64,000 nt of DNA, taken from contig JBHGNT010000010.1 in the NCBI GenBank assembly GCA_043228905.1, forward strand, positions 7,316,001-7,380,000. Direction: 5' to 3'. Positions 37,791 through 51,127 of this stretch are shown one piece after another (positions within the stretch are counted from its first letter, which is position 1; every line of letters starts with the position of its first letter). A program made the translations under genes and the position numbers. Below the pieces are notes generated by a model. It searched no databases. It was not told where the DNA came from and saw nothing but the letters and a program-made list of their open reading frames with translations. The stretch is from Azolla caroliniana (Eukaryota > Plantae > Polypodiophyta).

Positions 37791-38866
37791 AAGCTCATAG
37801 TGTCCTCGTATGATATTGGATTTCAATGTTCAAATAGGTGACTCAAAGCTAACAAAGTACCCTATGATATGATATCAGCAAATCTACATTGTGAAATTAT
37901 GAGCGAGAGATACGAAAGAAAAAGTAAAGTTGTGTCACAAATAAAGCAGACAAATACAAGAGCAACCACATGGATTCAAAAGATCATAGCATCCTCGTAT
38001 GATATCGGATTTTAGAGTTCAAATAGGTGAATCAAAGCTAATGAAGTACCCTATGATATGATATCATAAAATCTGAAATTTGAAATTCAGGGCGAGTGAC
38101 ACAAAAGAAATAGTAAAGTGGAGTTACAAATAAAGTAGACACATACAAGAGTGACAACATGGAGCAGAAAGCTCATAGTGTCCTCGTATGATATCGGATT
38201 TCAGAGTTCAAATAGGTGAATTAAAGCTAACGAAGTACCCTATGATATGATATCATAAAATCTAAATTGTGAAATTCAGAGCGATAGATACGAAAGAAAA
38301 AGTAAAGTTGTGTCACAAATAAAGCAGACAAATACAAGAGCAACCACATGTATTCAAAAGCTGATGGCGTCCTCGTATGATATCGGATTTCAGAGTTCAA
38401 ATACGTGAATGAAAGCTAATGAAGTACCCTATGATGTGATATCATAAAATCTAAATTGTGAAATTCAGAGCGAGAGATACGAAAGAAAAAGTAAAGTTGT
38501 GTCACAAATAAAGAAGACAAATACAAGATAAACCGTATGGATCAAAAAGCTCATAACATCCTCGTATGATATTGGATTTCAGAGTTCAAATTGGTGAATC
38601 AAATCTAAATTTTGAAATTCAGAGCGAGAGATACGAAAGAAAAAGTAAAGTTATGTCACAAATAAAGCAGACACATACAAGGCAACCACATACATCAAAA
38701 AGCTCATAGCGTCCTCGTATGATATCGGATTTCAGAGTTCAAATAGGAGAATCAAAGCTAATGAAGTACCCTATGACATGATATCAGAAAATCTACATTG
38801 TGAAATTATGAGCGAGAGATACGAAAGAAAAAGTAAAGTTGTGTCACAAATAAAGCAGACAAACAC
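37791..38866. repeat. 189-bp satellite-like tandem array, ~6 units
   Basis: Units start at 37791, 37980, 38169, 38358, 38547 (internally deleted) and 38700, sharing TCCTCGTATGATATCGGATTTCAGAGTTCAAAT. Confidence 0.95.
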
Positions 38867-39762
38867 ATAAGCGCCCTCTTGTCCTTTGCTACATGCACAT
38901 AAGCGAGACATCCAAACACCTTAAGATGGCGGTAAGACACGTCTTTACCGGTCCATACGCTTTGTGGTGTGTCTCTATCCAAGGGTGTTGAGGATGATCG
39001 GTTTATGACATATGTCGCCGTCATCAACACCTCATCGTCTTCATATGCATCACCTTCGAGGTCCAACATCTATCTTGTCCACTCTTTCGTCTCCTAACTG
39101 TACGGGCAACCATAGATCTTTGACCACAAACATGTCCCTCATCTTTGACTTCCAAATTGGGTAGTTGGAGCCAGTGAGCTTGAACATGCCGCCGAATGGA
39201 TCTTCCATGCTCTGATACCAGATTGTGCGGAAATAGTGTAGGACCACAACCGAGTCTCAATCACAATGGAAGAAATAGAAATACAACAATAAGATGACAC
39301 AGAATATTAACGTGGAAAACCCTAATTGGGACGAAACCATGGGAGCCCACAGACTCCGAACAGGATCACTATAGAGAAGAGGTACAACCATGTGAGACTC
39401 AGAGGAAAAGACCTTGAGCTCTACCTTCGCCAACCGGCGGTTACAACAGCAAAAGCTTTTGGTATCGCTCTCTATCTTTCTCTCTCTCTGTAGAACGACA
39501 ACAATGATAGCAACGATAGCAACAACACATAACAATATTTCCCTAATTATATTTATACTTAAATAACTTTGGGTTATTTACAAATATGACATGGAACAGT
39601 CACATCGGAATATATATACATATACTGGTCTTCTGGCCGGATACCAACCGGATCCATTTGATCCGGTTTCCGGATATATTCCAGATCCATCCGATCCGAT
39701 TCCTTCCTTCGGCTTGTCCGGTTCTCATCTGGATCCCATCCAGAGGGACCGAATTTCCAAGA
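38867..39762 (-). mobile_element. Internally deleted copia fragment: 5' LTR (39224-39762), iMet PBS, gag start fused to integrase end
   Basis: GCTCTGATACCA at 39209-39220; MEDPFGGMFKLTGSNYPIWKSKM; YVINRS..HLKVFGCLAYVHVAKDKR. Confidence 0.85.
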
Positions 39763-42559
39763 ATTTTCTATGGTTATATTTTCATCATCATACTTATGGC
39801 ATGTCTAGATTCATACATTAGCGCCTAGATGAGCATGATGGCTATCATGCATCACATGTAACGCATATGCGCCAAATGGTGATCATGTATCACATGGATT
39901 ACATGCATGCCATGGACCCTCATATCATATTATGCATGAGAGAACCTATAAAAAGAGGCAAGGAATCGACGGATGAAGTAGGGAATAGAAGGAATCAATC
40001 AAGGGTGTTGAGCGAGCAAGCTCAATCAGATCTAGATCGGCATCCGGAACCAAGAGCCAGATTGGTATCCGGAAACAACCGGTCGGATCGGGGAGACGGA
40101 TTGGAGAGCCGGATTCGAGCGGGAACCGGAAGCCTAGTAGTAGCCTAGACTACTAGGTAATCATTGTCTTGTAGTTACTGTAAATCGCTCATATGAGCAT
40201 TGAAGTACCTTTCAATACTTTTGTCAGTCCTATATGGACATTGGATAAATAGTGTTGTTATAGTACATTGTATGTACAAAGGCTTATAGGGTGTTTTATT
40301 TTTTTTGAATCTAAGTTTATGCTCTGCTCTCTTTGTCTCTCCCACGTGTATACTCTCTATGTATTAAGCTTCTCCATTAAACCTTCATCTTATTCTCTAT
40401 TGATATCCGGGTGAGCCAGTTCTGTCTAATGCTTCCGCATGTTTATATTCACATGGTATCAAAGCGCAAGTTCACTTCCAACAGAGAAGCTCGACTAGAG
40501 CAACTACGTGTCATGGTGATACAAGATGCACCAGTACCTGATGGGGCATGAATATTGGAGCTTCGTGGAACGAATGAACGAGGTAGTGTCGGAATCGGCA
40601 CACAATTACTTCCCGGTATGGGAGCAAGGAGCGAGCTAAGTATTGTACTGCCTCGCATCCTGTGTGCATGACCATATGCTCGACTACATAAAGGATGCAA
40701 AAACGCCACCTGGGAAATCTGAGGAAGATTTTCGCCGTGAGTACCACAACCTGTAAGTTGCAGCTCCGGCAAGAGCTGAACAACATCCAGCAAAGAGACA
40801 TGTCAGTTACGGATTACACCAACAAGATAAAGGAGATTTGTGACGCGCTCGGGTCCATCAACGTGTCGGTGGACGAAGACGAGATGGTACAAATCTGCTT
40901 CAGTGGTCTAGCGCAAAAGTACAGGCCAATCCAGACAACGATCTGCACCTGGGAGAAGCCATCAACTTTCTTCGACTTACAATCGATGTAGATGATCGAA
41001 GAAAACCATGCGAGTGAGTCGAGGACCACTCAATCGGACGGCTGGATGTTGTACAAGGAAACAGATCGGCCCCATGGACATGGTGGATGAGGTGGGTTGG
41101 CACGTAATCGAGGTGGCCGGCAAGAGCAGGACCGAAGGCACAAAGGTAGTGCTGACAACAGTTATGAACCCTCCACAAGCAGGGGGAGTCAAAGCGGCGC
41201 CGGAAGCCAACAAGGAAAAGCCGACGCGGAATGTTGGTATTGTGGCAAGAAAGGCCACAAGGAAAGCGAGTGCTAGAAGAAGCGCACTGATTCGGACAAA
41301 TCCGGATCTGGCAAATCCGGATCTGGCAAAACCGGTCGGCAAAACTGGCAAAGCTCGCACTACGTAGAAGGATCAGAAGGATACAAAACTGGGAAGACCA
41401 ATAAAGGGCTAGCCTTCATGATGAAGCACAAGGCTAACTTGATGAAGAAGACTACTTCCAAATCAGAGGAGTATGGTATGTTGACGAGCCATGAAGAATG
41501 GTTCTCTTTTTTCGGAAAACCGGAAAAACCGGGGATTGTCGAAATCAGAGATGACACCCCTCACCCGATTGTGCATGTTGAAGAAGTCCCTTTAAGCCAT
41601 GTCAGACAAAAGGGGAAGCTGATGAACGTACTACACGTTCCGACAATCACAAAGAACCTAGTGTTGGACAAAAGAGGAAGAAGGCCAGATAATTGCGCAA
41701 GGGCGCAGAGATGGGAGGATGTTCATCCTCAACACTAATGATGTTGGCATCTCTATGTTTGAGAAAGGGCAGAAGGTCGAGTCAGACATCGACTTGTGGC
41801 ACAAGCGGATCAGCCACGTCAACTACCGGAGGCTTCAAGTTCTGCAATCGAAACAAGTTTTGTTCGGATTACTGAAATTCAGTGGCCGGAAGGCCCAAAT
41901 ATGTGAAGCCTGCCAACTTGGGAAGTAATACCGGCTTTCATTCCCCACCGAACGTAACCGGAGCCGTAACAACCTTGACTTAATCCATTCGGATGTATGG
42001 GGACCGGCACAGAACGTAAGTCTTGGTGGGAGTCGATACTTCGTCTCTTTCATCAACGACTATAGCCAACACACATGGATCTACCTCATCAAATGGAAGA
42101 GCGAAGTCTTCGAATGTTTCCGGAACTTGCAAAGCTTAGTTGAATGGGAAACGGAGAGGAAGATCAAGTGTTTGCGGTTGGATAGCGGAAAAGAATACTT
42201 TTCCGGCCAATTCAACAGTTATCTATAGTAGAACAGAATTATGAGAGAATTTAGTTGCTGATATACACCAGAACAAAATGGTGTGCCCAAAAGGAAGAAC
42301 CGGTCGATTGTCAACGTGGCAAGGGAAATGCTGGAGGAGAAGAGCATGCCCCAATTCTACTGGGCTGAGGCGGTCCAGACGGCCATCTACATCCAAAACC
42401 GGATCGGAGACAAGGTGTCAAGACATAAGCTGTATTTCGGGTGGCAGCCGAATTTGAGGCACCTTCGGATATTCGGTAGCATAGCATACGTGCATGTACC
42501 GCATTAGAAGCGAAGGAAGCTGAATCAAAAGTTGAAGAAGTGCATCCTAGTGGGCTACT

Positions 42560-42763
42560 CGCATGAGAAAAAGGGGTATAAGTGTTATAACCCCCAGACT
42601 AAGCAGGTCCGAGTAAGCCGAGATGTGGAGTTTGATGAGACGGCATCATGGTACTCCCTAGCCGCATGAGAAAAAGGGGTATAAGTGTTATAACCCTCGG
42701 ACTAAGCAGGTCCGAGTAAGCCGAGATGTGGAGTTTGATGAGACGGCATCATGGTACTCCCTA
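42560..42763. repeat. 103-bp tandem duplication within the integrase C-terminus
   Basis: CGCATGAGAAAAAGGGGTATAAG...GGTACTCCCTA starts at 42560 and again at 42663. Confidence 0.95.
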
Positions 42764-44272
42764 CTCATCCGATTCCGAAAGATGAGGCTAGTGAGCCCGG
42801 GGAGTTCCAGGAAGAAGATGAAGAACTCGGCACTCTAGAAGAGAGTCCGATGTCATTCCGTCTAAGTGGACCGAATGAGTGGCTGAGTTGGGATGACCAG
42901 TCGGATGAAGAACTGGCGAGTAGTGGAGACTTTGCCGTGCTCTCCCCGCGCAAGGAACTGAGGAGACAATTCACGCGCAAAGAGAAAGGGAAGCAGAAAA
43001 TGTCAGAATACGAAACCAACAACGTTGAGTCAGATTGGAGCAACTCTGACTTCAGAAAGGATGAAGGCGGATCTTCGGGAACAAAGTTTGAACCAGCCAT
43101 GAAGGGCCCCAAACCGACTGATGGCAAGTTACGGTCTTCCTGCCAGAAGAACCCCGTTACGCGGTACGGGTACAATGAGTACATGGCGCATCATTATGCG
43201 TACATGACCAAAGTGGCGGAAGTGCGTGAACCGGAGAGCTACGCAGAAGCGGTAAAGGATGCAAATTGGCGTGCCGCTATGGAAGAAGAAATGTGGGCAC
43301 TCGATTCCAATGACGCATGGGACCTCGTTGACCCTCCTCGACATTGTAAACTGATCGGTTGCAAATGGGTGTACAAGGTAAAGTACAATGTCGACGGTTT
43401 GGTTAACCGGTACAAGGCCCGGTTAGTGGTGAAAGGATACGCGCAGACTCACAGAATCAACTATGATGAGACCTTTGCTCCGGTAGTGAAGATGACAACG
43501 GTTCGTGTAGTACTGGCGGTTGTTGCGGCAAGGGGGTGGCATCTTCACCAAATGGATGTGAAGAATGCATTTCTTCAAGGTGATCTTGAAGAACAGGTCT
43601 TCAATCGGAGATGAACAAGTTGGCGGTGTGCTGTCTTAAGAAGTCGCTTTACGGTCTGAAACAAACCCTCCGAGCTTGGAATGCAAAGATCACGCACTGG
43701 TTGCGTAAGATGGGGTTTGTGACCTCTAAATCTTACTCATCGTTGTTCATCCGGAATGGTACATTCTGCTTTATGTAGATGATTTAGTCATCACTGGACC
43801 CAGACTCGTTGAAATTGGCCGAGTGAAGTCCCAACTGTTGGACGCATTTGAAATGAAGAACTTGGGGACCTTCATTATTTTCTTGGGATCGAGGTGATCC
43901 GAACCCCCGATGGCATATTGCTCTCGCAAAGACACTATGTGCTAAATATGTTGTACAAGATCAGCATGATGTAATGCCGACCGATCTCCACACCCATGGA
44001 CTGGAACCTAAAGCTACGTCCCGACTCTGGACCGGCCTGCAATGAGAAACGGTTCCGACAAATAGTCGGAAGCCTGATATACTTGACAATCACCCGACCC
44101 GACATCAGTTATCCGGTCAGTGTGATCACCCAATTCATGCAGAAGCCAATCGTCAAGCACCTTCAGTACGCACACCGGATACTCTAGTATGTTAGCGGCA
44201 CGAAGGACTGAGGACTATTATACCGACACGTTATAGTTAGAAAGCTAGTCGGATATACCGATGCCGACTAGG

Positions 44273-44351
44273 TGTCGAGACTCGTAGGTAGGAGATAGAG
44301 TGAGAGCGAGAGCGATAGCGAAAGAGAGAGGGTGTGTGTGTGTGTGTGTGC

Positions 44352-44387
<36 letters not shown>

Positions 44388-44764
44388 GTGAGAGAGATAA
44401 GACTTGAAATAGAAATGACATTATATTATGATGAAACAAGATTACAATGAGTAGGCTAAGGGCTAAAGACTGGTGTTGAACTGAATGAGTTGAAATGAAT
44501 GTATGGACACTTATTTATAGATCCTTATGGCGTATTCTAGAATATTCTAGAATATTTTAGATTTTTATGATAAGAAATATAATCATGAAATATTAAAGGA
44601 TGTTCTAGAATAATCTAGAATGTTCTAATATCTTGTAATAACTAAAAATATAATTATTATAATCACTCAACATATATGTTATTTCAATGGTTAAGGGTTC
44701 AACACATAGACCAAGAAGTCGTGGGTCCAATTCTTGATAAGCCAAAAATGTTGTCTTCATGACA
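44273..44764 (-). mobile_element. Solo LTR related to the Tcn1-like LTR, inserted in copia RNase H
   Basis: TG...CA ends, TSD CTAGG (44268-44272, 44765-44769). Minus strand TTCAGTTCAACACCAGTCTTTAGCC resembles TTCGGTTCAACGCCAGTCTTAAGCC near 27805. Contains (GT)n(GA)n. Confidence 0.9.
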
Positions 44765-47700
44765 CTAGGCTAGTGATGTATCGGATCGCCAATCCACCTC
44801 CGGGTACATGTTTTCCCTTGGTAGCACAGTCGTTGCGTGGAGCAGCTAACAGTGCCACCTGTGAAGCCATCTGGCTTCGACGACTGTTGCGAGATCTCCC
44901 GATCGAGGTGTCGACCCCGATCCTAATCTACTGCGACAACATAAGTAGCATATAGCTCGCCAAGAATCCCGTATTCCATTCTTGAACAAAGCACATAGAA
45001 GTGCATTATCACTTCGTGCATGAGCGGGTCTTGGGTGGTGAAGTCGAACTTTGGTATGTTCAAACGGATCGGCAGGTTTCCGACATCTTCACCAAACCAC
45101 TCGGATCAGACAAGTTGCGGCACTTCACCGAAATGCTTGGTGTTCAACACCTTAACGTGCCGCACTTGAGGGGGAGAACGGGCAAAGGCAAAGAAATTGG
45201 TGCCATAACGAGCAAAGACAAAGAAACTGCTGACAGCACCGGACAAGGAACCAGAAAAGGAAGAACCAATAAACGGGGAGATAAGCAGAAAAAGGAAAGT
45301 CGAGTTGACGAAGGAAGTTGGAACGAGCAACAGCGGCTGTAGAGTCAAGAAGGACAGAGCCGACCGTAAGGAGAAGGCCAAGACCCGGACAAGGTCTGAT
45401 GTGGTGAAGGGACTGAAACCGGTAGACGAGTTGGAGAACATCGACTCGGACAAGAGCTGTAATGAATCGGAGGAAACCGATTCGGTTCAAGATTCGGAAA
45501 AGCCGAATCAACTAAAGACCAACCGAACGAGAAGGCAGCGGAAGTCGACACCGACATGAAGGAACCGACGGGTCAACAAGCTCCGGAGTCGCATCAGCGA
45601 AGGAGCTGAAATGGGCCTGTTTGAGTAGACAAGCCGATCGAGGAGGTCAAGGTGCACAGAACCAAAAGGGTTGCGGCAAACAAAGACTGGACCGGACGAG
45701 GAGCGCGAGCAAGGCGGAGCGACGCCAGAAGGAGCCGTGTAGAAGAATCGGCTGCCACAGACACTAACACCACGATTTGACCTCAAATTGTTTGAGGGGG
45801 AGTGTTGAGCAACCAAGCTCAACCAGATCCAGATCAACTGGATAAGCTTGAGCCGGATGGTATTCGGAAACAACCAGCCGGATCGAGGAGACGGATCAGA
45901 GAGTCAGATTCAAGTGGGAACCGGAAGCCTAGTAGTAGCCTAGACTACTAGGTAATCATTGTCTCGTAGTTAGTGTCAGTCACTCGTATGAGCATTGAAG
46001 TACCCGTCAGTACTTCTGTCAGTCCTTTATGGACTTCGTATAAATAGTGTTGTTATAGCACATTGTATGTACAAAGGCTTATAGGGTGTTTTATGTATTT
46101 TTGAATCTAAGTTTATGTTTTGCTCTCTCTATCCCTCCCACACATATGCTCTCTGTGTATTAAGCTTCTTCATTAAACCTTCATCTTATTCTCTATTGCT
46201 ATCTGGCTGAGCCGTTTCTATCTAACGCTTTTGCACATTTACATTCACAAAGGGGAAGTTAGAAAATCAAATAATCAAAGAAACAAGCTAGCTCATCTTG
46301 GAAGTTTATTATCACTCAATACTTAAGTCGAGGGTTCAAGCCGGAATCTGGTAGAGAAAGGTTTCATCTTGCGACCAAGCATTATAAAGTTGGTAAAATC
46401 TTGTATTCTTAATATAAATCATGTTCATATCATATACTCTTGCTTCTTAAATCATACATTGTCTCTATCTCTTATCTATCCTCGCCTCTTTCAGACACAT
46501 TACTTTTAACTCTTCTTCTTCCTATCCTTAACCTTTCTAGCATCAACGCACAAGCCTTATAAAAATTTAGCCAACTCCCTTTAACCTTAGTCCCTGCGAC
46601 TTCACCGCACAACTACCCCGACATAATTTGGTGAACCCGACGTGAAGGCGGGGACAAGGAAAAATGGAGGAGCAAATGAGGCAGATGTGTACGATGATGA
46701 AACGAATGATGTAGGCGCAAGTGATGATGGCAAGCATCGACAAAGCCGTCGACAATATTCTTAGACAAGTAGGAATCTTCGAAGGTATGAATTTAACATG
46801 GTTTTTGAAGATTTACAATGAAGAGATGCTTAAACGTTGTATCAACGAAGTTACAAAAATTAATAACTTTAGTCGAGTCACTGAAATTAGGCTACAAGAA
46901 AGGATCCATGAGCTACAGAGGGAGCATCAAACATGGGCGACTTTCGAAAGAGCATTATTGAATGAATACAACCTCAACAATATGTCAAGGATGAGAAGGT
47001 GAGCTTTCATGGATTGGGTAGAGTCTAATAAACATTTAAGTGTTTTGGAAGTGTCAAAAGATTTTTCAGAAAGATTTGAGCAGTTAAATGTTAGGGATAG
47101 AAATATAATAATGCTAGATAAAATAATATTGGTTCTACAAGCCACTAATATTAAAGATAGGAAGGACTTGGGAATGCTTCTAGAATATCAGAATAGTTCG
47201 AGTAGACTTACTGAAGACTGGGAAGAGGTGAAACGGGCGTGTGCTCATTTTTGTAAAAGAAAGTTATGGTTCATGGAGCTGCCAAAGAGGAAGGGAGAAG
47301 AAACGGGGAACGACTCGGGAGAAAAGAAAGTAGAAGAGTCACTTTTGGTAGAATTGGTGAAAGGCATGAAAGACTTGACAATCAAAGTGACAAAGCTAGA
47401 ATCGAGACAAAACTCGACCTCACAAAGGCAAGGAGGTGGAATGGTCTGAAGGTGTATGTGGTGTCACGTGTGACAATATCAACCATTAGAAGAAAAATTG
47501 TCAGGAGCATAGGGTTGCTCTTAATAATGATAAAATCTATTATCAGGATGCTAAGATTCCCTTGAAAAAGACCGGAAAGCCACTCCAACTCAACTTCAGG
47601 CAAGGTGGAATGAAAAAGCTAATGAAAGATGCTGAGATAAAAACAATTCAAGCGATACAATCCATGGCAACCTTAGGTTTGCACGTAGAAGACTCATATG

Positions 47701-50039
47701 GTAAATCTGGCATTTGGCAAGATGTGATGGAGTATGCAAAAAAGGGAAGGTTAGAGTGGATGAATTAAAAAGAGCAGGAGATGAAATATGACACTTCACT
47801 AGATGGAATGATCCGGTAGATGCATTATCAACGTTTGCCCAAGTCCATGCACAAGATGTACTAGTGGAAGAGAAGCAGAAGAGGGTTGAGACTCAAGAAC
47901 AAGAGAGTAGAGAGATGAAAAAGGATGCTCCTAAGTCGAAAGAAGCTAATAAAGTAAAAGAGAAGACAAACCCAGCTTTCAAGCTTGCTTTAGACACAAA
48001 CAGTAACAAATATAACATGTCATGGAGGAAGTTACTAGAGGGTATACAACAACACTCTAAGATTTGGATCATGGCACCATTAATGTTGCAGGTGTAAAGA
48101 AGATAAATGATTTTGGTAATCATGAAGGGAATAGGAGTCATTATACAAGGAACCATTGGGCTCCAGCAACAACGGAGGCACCTGCAAAAATTGGGGAGCA
48201 ACAAATTCCATGTATTGCGTTGATTAATTATGGATCACAGATTAACATGATGTCATCATAATTTTATGCTCAACGGTAGTGGTCGATTGACAAGAATCAT
48301 GGGTTGAAAATAAGAGCTACCATAGAGGCTATGGAGGATTTATTCGGAGCATGTCCTAGTGTGAAGGTAATAATTGGAAATGTGTCGGTGAATCAAAATT
48401 TCTTTGTGCAGGATCAATCAACCTATCCCATCATCCTTGGACAGCCATGCATCACCACAATAAGGATGGAAACAAACGTGATTGATGATGGTTCGGCTTT
48501 CACGAGAATCAAAAGTCCAGTTCTTAACCGAGAGGCCCAAACATGAAAGAAACAAAGAATGCTTGAGGGAACATCCAGTTCAAAAAGGGAATGAAGAGTT
48601 TTTCCAAGATTTTTAATGAACTTTGCACAACCAATGTGCAAGTTCAGAGGGGGTGGGTGTCGTGAAGGATTCACTTGACGATATAAAATAAAACTTCAAT
48701 ATTGTATTGAGTAAAATTTGAGAGACTTGAACCCATAACCTCACACACCAAGGACAAAGTATATACCATTAGAATAAGTTATTTTCTATAGTTATATTTT
48801 TATCATCATACTTATGGCATATCTAGCTTCATACATTGGAGCTTAGATGAGCATGATGGCTATCATGCATCACATGTAACGCATGTGCACCAAATGGTGA
48901 TCATGCATCACATGCATTACATGCATGCCATGCACCCTCATATCATATTATGCATGAGAGAACCTATAAAGAGAGGCAAGGAATCAACGGATGAAGTAGG
49001 GAAAAGAAGGAATCAATCCAGGGAAAGTTAGAAAATCAAATAATCAAACAAACAAGCTAGCTCATTTGGGAAGTTTATTATCTCTCAATACTTAAGTCGA
49101 GGGTTCAAGCCGGAATTTGGTAGAGAAAGGTTTCATCTTGCGACCAAGCATTATAAAGTTGGTAAAATCTTATATTCTTAATATAAATCATCTTCATATA
49201 ATATACTCTTGCTTCTTAAATCATACATTGTCTCTGTCTCTTATCTATGCTCGCCTCTCTCACACATTACTTTTAACTCTTCTCCTTCCTATCCTTAATC
49301 TTTCTAACATCAACACACACGCCTTATAAAAATTTAGCCAACTCCCTTTAACCTTAGTCCATGCGACTTCGCCGCACGAACCACAACTACCCCGACAATT
49401 CGAGCCTTTGTCTAGTTCAATCTTTCGACTAACGCGATGTTTCGACTCACTCAATCTTTCAACAAGTGTGAGTCTTCAACTTACTCGCTTTTGACTCCTT
49501 GGTCCAAGACCCCCGTGGTCTCCCTCAAGTAGCACACGCGCATGCATTTACGTGGCATTGTAGTGGTCCTTCTCAAATTTTACACGCACCTACGTAACTT
49601 CACGACAATGTGTTATATTGCTAATAATAGTGGTGATGTTGAAATTCAATGACATAGTTACGAACTTAAAAGATTAATATTGAGGGCATTATATCTATAT
49701 GATCTTAAGATCTATCTTCTCTTTCTTTATCTATGCTTCAACCTTCCTATTCAAATCTAACAAACATGTGTACTATATTATTGTATCTTTGAGTGTTGTA
49801 TTAACTTTTTTATTTTCTTTCTTGTAGTCATGGTGTAGGATCTTTTTGGTATTCAGAGATTAGCTTAAGCCATGACTTTCTCTACATTCAAAATTAACTG
49901 TGGTAGGAAAACCTTGAAGATGTACCTCACAACTACAGGATAATACATGGTTGGGCAAACTTGAGAAATGACCATTAAGAATATAAACCATGAACAAGTA
50001 ACCTTCGGGAGTGAAACACTTGCCGTAGAGATTGGAAAC

Positions 50040-50315
50040 AAAACGACCATGAAACAATATTCGGAGTGTATGTATATATAAGTATATGTCCAATCATATA
50101 TATAAGTATATCTTGGTCCTTCAAATGTATTGCTCGAGATATGGGAGAGACTGATGATAGTAGTCTGTGGGCAGTATGATAATATGTATGGTTCTTTGGA
50201 AAATGTTCATAAGAGAAGGGGGAAGCTTCTTAACTTATGGAGGAAGTTGCCCCTTTTTCTAGTGTTAGATGAAGGGCCTCAATGGAACTATCAACTTCCA
50301 TGGACCCTCTCTTGA
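50040..50315 (+). pseudogene. LINE ORF2 3'-end fragment
   Basis: LLEIW..GQYD..GPQWNYQLP resembles the C-terminus of the 33154-34842 ORF (GPQWNYQAP). Confidence 0.75.
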
Positions 50316-50639
50316 ATATCAGTACACCATGGTAATGTACCGTATCAAGTTTCAACACCCCCTTATAAGTTGTTTTTGTATGTATAGGTTTTGGTGTACA
50401 TATAATGTCTTTTATTCTACATTGTAAGCCTCTGGGTAGATAACTTCAAGTTGTAGACTTTTGATGTTCTTAATACTATTGAAGAAAATATTTCAAGGAA
50501 AAAAAGAATATGTGTCCAATCATGGTCATCATGTGTTGTTTGTAGATTATAATATACATTGGATATGATGATCACCCAATTCAAGTTGGTCATTATAATC
50601 ATGACTCAACCTTATAGTATCCTCCCTTAGTTGCTTGAT

Positions 50640-51127
50640 TAATGAGACCAATAGTTATTGGCTCAATTTTGGCTCAAATAGAACCGAAACGTTAAGCCAT
50701 GGTTTAACCATTTTATCAATTCCAATATAATTAAATAGTTTGGTTCTAAAATTCTGATTTATCGGTTTATAGTTTTAAGTGTTTTGGTTTAATGGTTTAT
50801 TACTTTTTGGTCAACATTTTTTTATTTCCCTAATTCACCTAAATATTGATTTATTTTAATGATTTTCTATTTTAATTAATTTTTATTTATTTGACTTAAA
50901 TGGTAAGTTAAAATTTGTGATTAATTGGTTTTGGTGTGGTTTTAATGTTTCCCTAAATGGTCTAGTTTAAATGGTTTGGTTCACCTTTTCCTTAAATGGT
51001 TTGATTTAAGTGGCTTGGGAGTTCATAAATCGTCTGGTTTGGTTTTTCTTTTCTAGAAATGGTTTGGTTCAGTTTGGTTCGGTTTCAAGGCAAAGAAACT
51101 GAATTGAACCAATACTGAACTAGGCCC
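50640..51127. mobile_element. Possible degenerate non-autonomous DNA transposon (hAT-MITE-like)
   Basis: AT-rich sequence with repeated GGTTT/GGTTC and AACC motifs and a terminal inverted patch ending AGGCCCT. No matching second terminus found. Confidence 0.3.

Larger units (their letters stand above)
40006..46249 (+). mobile_element. Ty1/copia family C, complete but degenerate
   Basis: LTRs at 40006-40453 and 45803-46249, PBS TGGTATCAAAGC, PPT 45792-45802, TSD AAGGG (40001-40005, 46250-46254). gag-pol fragments are homologous to 13833-19556. Confidence 0.97.
39763..49397 (+). mobile_element. Gypsy-type element retaining only degenerate gag and protease; 5' LTR 39763-46623 (truncated and interrupted), 3' LTR 48658-49397
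   Basis: LTR pieces 39763-40005 and 46250-46623 match 48781-49397. PBS TGGTGAACCCGACGTGAA near 46628, PPT AGAGGGGGTGGG before 48658, protease-like ALINYGSQINMMS..QNFFVQ..YPIILGQP. No RT or integrase. Confidence 0.85.

Noticed and set aside
37791-38866. CRISPR-like array
   Set aside because: Whole monomers repeat with no unique spacers, and the context is eukaryotic.
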